This document shows, piece by piece, positions 37,903 through 42,935 of a stretch of 42,935 bases of DNA. The DNA comes from Armatimonadota bacterium (GTDB taxonomy: Bacteria > Armatimonadota > Hebobacteria > CAIYQO01): NCBI GenBank assembly GCA_038248345.1, contig JBBRXO010000010.1, positions 1 to 42,935 on the forward strand, written 5' to 3'. The notes below the pieces were generated by a model that ran no database searches, had not been told where the DNA came from, and was given only the letters and a program-made list of their open reading frames with translations. The translations under genes were made by a program, and so were the position numbers. Every line of letters starts with the position of its first letter. Position 1 is the first letter of the stretch.

Positions 37903-38349
37903 ATGGCAAAAAAAGTGCAGGAGTTATTCGCAAATACTACTAATGCGTCAGATGAAAAGATGGCAAAGCTCATCAATTCACTCGATACCGCGCCAAGGAA
38001 AGATGGTGAAGAGAAGACATCAGCAGTTCTCTGCAGGTTTGTGGAGCCGATGAGAGAAAAATTATTCTGCACTGATGACTTTGACGATATAATATTTATT
38101 TATGACATCGCAGTTACGGCGTGGAATCTAGCTATATTATCACCTCATAAACGCCCCCAACGGCTGGCAGAAATATTGCATGCGGTGCCGGTAAAATTTA
38201 AGCTTGTATTCAGAAGTCTTTTTGAGTTATGGGTTAATCGCAAGGATGAAGAATTTGCAGAATACAAATGGATGATTACTGACTATTCTGTCAAACCCAA
38301 GGTAAACGGCATAATTGTTACGGTAAGTGCAAAATATATTACCCACTAA
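37903..38349 (+). CDS. Hypothetical protein (AT-rich)
   Basis: 148-aa ORF with SD AGGAG that fills the argB-folC gap; no function recognised. Confidence 0.7.
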   Translation: MAKKVQELFANTTNASDEKMAKLINSLDTAPRKDGEEKTSAVLCRFVEPMREKLFCTDDFDDIIFIYDIAVTAWNLAILSPHKRPQRLAEILHAVPVKFKLVFRSLFELWVNRKDEEFAEYKWMITDYSVKPKVNGIIVTVSAKYITH

Positions 38350-38396
38350 TTGAAAGTTGGTAATCCTGTTGCCGTATGAAGGCGTATAATGTTTTT

Positions 38397-39719
38397 ATGA
38401 ATTTCACCGACGCCACTGATTATCTATACGGACTGATCAACTACGAGCGCACCCCGGCGCAGGCGGCGATGTCGCGCTATCTTAACCTGGAGCGCATGGT
38501 GGCAGGGCTGGTGCGGCTGGGGGATCCACACCTTAAAACCAGCTTTGTGCATATCGCCGGGACAAAGGGCAAGGGGTCTACCGCCGCCATGACGGCCAGC
38601 GTGCTGGGGACAGCGGGGTTGCGGTGTGGGTTGTACACATCACCGCACCTGGTCACCTTCCGCGAGCGTATGCAGATCAACGGTACCATGATCAGCGAGG
38701 ACGAATTCGCTGCATTGCTGAGCGAAGTGCGTGCGTTGGCAGCAGATATGGCCGAGGGGCCGCACGGCTTGCCCACTTTTTTCGAGACGCTGACACTCAT
38801 AGCCTTTTGTTGGTTCGCGCAACAGCAGGTGGATATCGCCGTGCTGGAGACCGGCATGGGCGGGCGGCTGGATGCCACCAACGTCGTCACCCCGCTGGCC
38901 ACCGCCATCACCACCATCGCGCTCGACCACACCACTGAGTTAGGCGACACGCTGGCGCTCATCGCGGGTGAAAAGACGGGGATTATCAAGCCGGGCGTGC
39001 CGGTGGTCAGCGCCGTGCAACAGCCAGGGGCGGCGCAGGTGATACGTACGCGGGCAGTGGAACTGAACAGCCCGCTGGTGCGGGTAGGGGAGGAGATAAT
39101 CTTTACCCCCGGTTGCTTCCACGGAAACAGGCAACAGTTCAACGTCACCGGGAGATTGCGCGAATATAATGATCTACAAATCCCGCTACTGGGCGAACAT
39201 CAAATATTGAATGCCACGGTTGCCGTGGCACTTCTGGAGTGTGTGGCGGAGGCGTGGCCCGAGCAGAGCACGGCGATCCTTAATACAATTCCCGCTGGAC
39301 TAGCACAGGTGAAGTGGCCGGGGCGGATGCAGGTGATAGCGGAAGAACCCCTCACGCTCATTGATGGTGCACATGACCCCGCCGCCATTGAGGCGCTACT
39401 TGCCGGGCTAAAGCGGCATTTCCCACGTTACAAACGGCGCTATGTGCTGGGCTTCATGGCGGACAAAGACTGGCCGCAGATGCTGGCGTTGCTGGCCCCC
39501 ACAGCGGTGGAGTTCATCGTCGCCGCCATCGACAACCCGCGCACCGCCACCCCCGCTGAAATTGCGAAGGTGGCAGGCGGGCTGGGCGTGCCTATCATTA
39601 TTGCCGCCAGCATCTCCGCGGCGCTAAAGCTGGCGGAGATGCGCGCAAAAGAGGGCGAGCTGATATGCCTCACCGGGTCATTGTATGCAGTGGGGCAGGT
39701 AGTAGCTCACCGTCAATAG
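38397..39719 (+). CDS. folC: Folylpolyglutamate synthase / dihydrofolate synthase
   Basis: HIAGTKGKGST, YTSPHL..FRER, ETGMGGRLDATN, WPGRMQ, DGAH, TGSLY. Start placed at ATG 38397. Confidence 0.95.
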   Translation: MNFTDATDYLYGLINYERTPAQAAMSRYLNLERMVAGLVRLGDPHLKTSFVHIAGTKGKGSTAAMTASVLGTAGLRCGLYTSPHLVTFRERMQINGTMISEDEFAALLSEVRALAADMAEGPHGLPTFFETLTLIAFCWFAQQQVDIAVLETGMGGRLDATNVVTPLATAITTIALDHTTELGDTLALIAGEKTGIIKPGVPVVSAVQQPGAAQVIRTRAVELNSPLVRVGEEIIFTPGCFHGNRQQFNVTGRLREYNDLQIPLLGEHQILNATVAVALLECVAEAWPEQSTAILNTIPAGLAQVKWPGRMQVIAEEPLTLIDGAHDPAAIEALLAGLKRHFPRYKRRYVLGFMADKDWPQMLALLAPTAVEFIVAAIDNPRTATPAEIAKVAGGLGVPIIIAASISAALKLAEMRAKEGELICLTGSLYAVGQVVAHRQ

Positions 39720-40788
39720 ATTTAACCCCATCGCTACTGATGATCGCGAACTCATAGCGAAAACCGGGGACAGCGACGAAGTCATTATGTTCCACTTTAC
39801 GGAATTCGACATTGCCCGCGGCATTCAGGTTATAGCTAATGTCCATGCCGCTGGTGTGGGTGGTGGATACTATCACTAGCTCTTTGCTGAAGTCTACGGC
39901 GGGCATTACTTCCTTGATTATCCATTTTTGCCAGAGTTTTCTCAGCACTTCCTCGGAAGTGATATATTTCGGCGTTTTTTGCAGCAGTGTTTCATCCGCA
40001 ATGGAACCGGTGCGGACGGCAATGATAGTAAGCACGTTCGGCAATGACTTGCCATTGATAGTCTTTGCCCCTTCACGGCTGAGGACAGCAATCGTGTAAC
40101 GGAAACCGGGTTGGATATCTTTTGACATCATTACCACCACGTTAATGTTACCATTGATGTCGAGGGTGAAAGATGGATTTAGTATACTCCCTACGGTGGT
40201 AGAAATAGCCACAATTTGTTTGCTGAAGTCTACTTCGGGAATTTTATCAGCGATCTTCCAGTTGGCCCATAACTCCTGCAGCGGTTTCATCTCGGTGATA
40301 TATGCTGGCGCTGCACTAGAGATATTTTCATCATCGATTGAGCCTTTGAATCCCGCAATCGGGGTGATCTCCCATTGTGTCGGTACGGCTTTGCCATTGA
40401 CGGTCTTTACGCCCGTACGGCTTACCACCAGCATCACATAGCGAACACCGGGCAGGAAATCCATTGTCCCCATACTGGTTACTTTCAGATCGCCGAAATC
40501 ATCCAGGATTACACTTAAATTCAGGATGCTGCCCCTCGTTGTTCCCACTAGCGCGATTGATTTCATGAAATCAATCTCCGGTACCTCCTCCGCTAGCCCC
40601 CACTTGTTCCAGAAACCCAACAGGCTGTCCGGGCTGGCGATGAACTCCGGTGCCCCGCCTTGCATGGCATCATCCAACGATGACCCCTTGATAATTGAGC
40701 TAGGCACCACTGTTACCGGCTGTGCCCAGGTCAGCTGGCCGAGAGCGAGCAAGGCCAGTAGCATAACGATAGCGTGAAATGTTTTCAT
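39670..40788 (-). CDS. Secreted protein with three tandem ~115-aa repeats
   Basis: Signal peptide (TWA-Q) and three copies of GS..D....P..I......L...W..W......P.VDF.K......TT....PG.RY....S..G.K...G. SD AAGGAG. Confidence 0.8.
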   Translation of the reverse strand: MKTFHAIVMLLALLALGQLTWAQPVTVVPSSIIKGSSLDDAMQGGAPEFIASPDSLLGFWNKWGLAEEVPEIDFMKSIALVGTTRGSILNLSVILDDFGDLKVTSMGTMDFLPGVRYVMLVVSRTGVKTVNGKAVPTQWEITPIAGFKGSIDDENISSAAPAYITEMKPLQELWANWKIADKIPEVDFSKQIVAISTTVGSILNPSFTLDINGNINVVVMMSKDIQPGFRYTIAVLSREGAKTINGKSLPNVLTIIAVRTGSIADETLLQKTPKYITSEEVLRKLWQKWIIKEVMPAVDFSKELVIVSTTHTSGMDISYNLNAAGNVEFRKVEHNDFVAVPGFRYEFAIISSDGVKSIDGELLPAPLHTMTR

Positions 40789-41044
40789 GTTATTCTCCTT
40801 CTGTTGTATTAGACGTAAGAGAGGTGGGGAATGTTCCCTGCTGGATGTGTTTTTTATTTTTTCGCCTCCATCCTACGCCTGCAATTCAGAATTCGCGGGA
40901 TAGCGGTGAAAAATAATAAAAAAAGTGGCTCTTAATCTGAAATTAATCAAAAAACATGGTAATAAACACGGAAGATACGGTATAATGAATATAGGACACT
41001 TCCGGGAATAGTCCCGGAGAAAATTTTTTTTTGGAGGTATCTGA

Positions 41045-41521
41045 ATGTCCAAGTCCATGCGTCGTAGAGGGTTTACCCTCATCGAACTCTTGATCGTGAT
41101 CGTAGTTATCGCGATCCTAGCTTTGATCGTGATCCCAAAATTGATGGGCGCGAGCCGAAAGGCAAAAGACAGTACCCTGAAGGGCAACTTGGTTACCCTG
41201 CGTCATGCCATCGAAATGTTCCAGGCTGACTGCGGTGGTTACCCATCTGGGACTGACTTGGCTGGCCTGTCCGCACAGCCGGCACAATACATCCCATATG
41301 GCACCACGACAGCAGCTAACCTTCCTGCTAACGTCTGGAAAGGCCCATACCTTAGCTCCCAAGGCGGCATCGGTGGTGGTGCAATTCCCCGTAACCCGTA
41401 CATAGTATCCACGGATGTTGCAGTAGCTAATCACTGGTCTTACACAGCTGCAAGTGGAACTATAACCTTCCCAACTCCGACTGGTAGCGACGCCAACAAC
41501 GAACTGTACACCACCTATTAA
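41045..41521 (+). CDS. Type IV pilin / GspG-like pseudopilin
   Basis: Prepilin cleavage motif RRRG|FTLIELLIVIVVIAILA; AIEMF..D.G.YP and WKGPYL as in GspG-like proteins. Confidence 0.88.
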   Translation: MSKSMRRRGFTLIELLIVIVVIAILALIVIPKLMGASRKAKDSTLKGNLVTLRHAIEMFQADCGGYPSGTDLAGLSAQPAQYIPYGTTTAANLPANVWKGPYLSSQGGIGGGAIPRNPYIVSTDVAVANHWSYTAASGTITFPTPTGSDANNELYTTY

Positions 41522-41554
41522 ACCATCCTTGTTTGACGGTTTAGTGTAAAGTGT

Positions 41555-41600
41555 AAAAGCCTCCTTGCCCGTGAGTGATTGCGGATGGGGAGGCTTTTTT
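41555..41600 (+). terminator. Intrinsic terminator after the pilin gene
   Basis: AAAAGCCTCCT...GGGAGGCTTTTTT; A-run and T-run flanks allow bidirectional use. Confidence 0.75.
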
Positions 41601-41757
41601 AGGTCTGTAGGTCTTTAGGTCTGTAGGTCTTTCTCGCCCATGAGAATGGGCAATTAAACCACGAAGGCACAAAGGGCACAAAGAGAAAATACCTTCTCCG
41701 TGCTCTCTGTGCCCTCTGTGTTTAAATTATTCTTTTCTCTTCGTGCCTTCGTAGGTT
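41600..41757. repeat. Composite repeat patch: 4x TAGGTCT(G/T), a truncated family A REP, and a GGCACAAAG-type inverted repeat
   Basis: TAGGTCTG TAGGTCTT twice (41600-41631); CGCCCATGAGAATGGGCA (41635-41652); AACCACGAAGGCAC ... GTGCCTTCGTAGGTT. Confidence 0.7.
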
Positions 41758-41764
41758 CTGGCGT

Positions 41765-42811
41765 TCAGATCAACCCCGCTACCAGGTCGCCGCAGGCATC
41801 GGTGGCGATGGCGCCGGCTCCCAGGTGGGGGATTTTGCCGGTTTCCAGCGCTTTGATGATGGCGTTCTCGATATCTTTGGCGGCGGCTTCCTCACCCAGT
41901 ACGCTCATCATCATGCCGGCGGCGTTGATGGTGGCCAGTGGGTTGATGACGTTTTGGCCGGTGTATTTCGGCGCGCTGCCGTGGATCGGCTCGAACATGC
42001 TCACGCCGTTCGGGTTGATGTTGCCGCTGGCGGCGATGCCCATACCACCCTGCGTCATTGCGCCCAGGTCGGTGATGATATCGCCGAACATGTTGGTGGT
42101 GACGATGACATCAAACCATTCCGGGTTCTTCACCATCCACATGCAGCAGGCGTCCACATAGGCGTGTGCCTGGGTTATTTCGGGGTATTCCGCCCCCACT
42201 TCCTTGAAGACGCGCTGCCACAGGTCGTGCCCGTAGGTGAGCACGTTGGATTTATCCACCAGTGTCAGGTGCTTGCGGGGCCGCGTCATCGCCAGCTCGT
42301 AGGCGTAGCGCACCGCACGCTCGACGCCGACGCGGGTGTAGATGGCCACCTGGGTGGCGACTTCATTCGCCTGGCCCTTATGGGTGAAGCCGCCGGTGCC
42401 CACGTACATATCTTCAGTGTTCTCGCGCACCACGATGTAGTCGATATCTTTCGGCCCCTTGTCCTTCAGCGGGCAGTCGACATTAGGGTAGAGCTTCACC
42501 GGGCGCAGGTTGATATACTGATCCAGCCCGAAGCGTAGCCCGAGGAGCAACTGGTGCTCGATGATGCCGGCCTTTACATCGGGGTGCCCGACGGCGCCGA
42601 GATAAATGGCATCGAACCCGCGCATGATATCAAGAGCGTCGGCGGGCATAACCTCACCGGTAGCCAGATAGCGCTCACCGCCCCAATCGAAGTAGGTGTA
42701 ATCAATGGTGATGCCGTGCTTCTTCGCCGTGACGTTGAGCACCTTGATGCCTTCGCGAATTACTTCCGGTCCAATCCCGTCGCCCGGGATAACCGCGATC
42801 TTATAAGCCAT
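41765..42811 (-). CDS. leuB: 3-isopropylmalate dehydrogenase (isocitrate/isopropylmalate dehydrogenase family)
   Basis: PGDGIGPEV, NLRP, VVRENTE, NMFGDIITDL, FEPIHGSAP. ATG 42811 with SD GGGAGG. Exact substrate specificity is not proven. Confidence 0.82.
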   Translation of the reverse strand: MAYKIAVIPGDGIGPEVIREGIKVLNVTAKKHGITIDYTYFDWGGERYLATGEVMPADALDIMRGFDAIYLGAVGHPDVKAGIIEHQLLLGLRFGLDQYINLRPVKLYPNVDCPLKDKGPKDIDYIVVRENTEDMYVGTGGFTHKGQANEVATQVAIYTRVGVERAVRYAYELAMTRPRKHLTLVDKSNVLTYGHDLWQRVFKEVGAEYPEITQAHAYVDACCMWMVKNPEWFDVIVTTNMFGDIITDLGAMTQGGMGIAASGNINPNGVSMFEPIHGSAPKYTGQNVINPLATINAAGMMMSVLGEEAAAKDIENAIIKALETGKIPHLGAGAIATDACGDLVAGLI

Positions 42812-42935
42812 GATAAACCTCCCAAGGTAGAATGTGAAAAGTGTAACAATTGTTGCCGATATTGGCAAATGGGGAGGCGGATTTTGCAGGCATCTTCTAT
42901 ACGGTGTAGAATAATATGCTATTGAATCAGTTCTA

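Noticed and set aside
36911..41757. CRISPR array among the short repeats
   Set aside because: Units are 7-9 bp tandem or inverted repeats without unique spacers, and no cas genes are present.

Overview
Bacterial chromosomal window, mostly housekeeping; a Terrabacteria lineage such as Armatimonadota is inferred from protein style, not proven. The core (7556-31583) is the str-S10-spc-alpha ribosomal superoperon from rpsL to rplM-rpsI. It has three clear departures from the usual layout: tuf is absent after fusA, a second divergent EF-G (EF-G2 type, DAPGY) sits between rpsQ and rplN, and many ribosomal proteins carry insertions or extensions. The left flank holds a partial MacB/FtsX-type ABC permease, an ACT-domain malic enzyme, an MNT gene with a HEPN pseudogene, and tilS-galK-queA on the minus strand. 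The right flank holds a zf-TFIIB gene behind a candidate arrest-peptide uORF, a Uma2 nuclease pseudogene, a 318-bp foldback MITE-like element, a LysM-NlpC/P60 hydrolase, argCJB, folC, a secreted three-repeat protein, an orphan GspG-like pilin and leuB. Intergenic DNA outside the ribosomal cluster is rich in several REP/REPIN-like repeat families, and several genes look leaderless. I saw no rRNA, tRNA, CRISPR array or transposase. All calls come from reading the sequence by eye; no searches were run.
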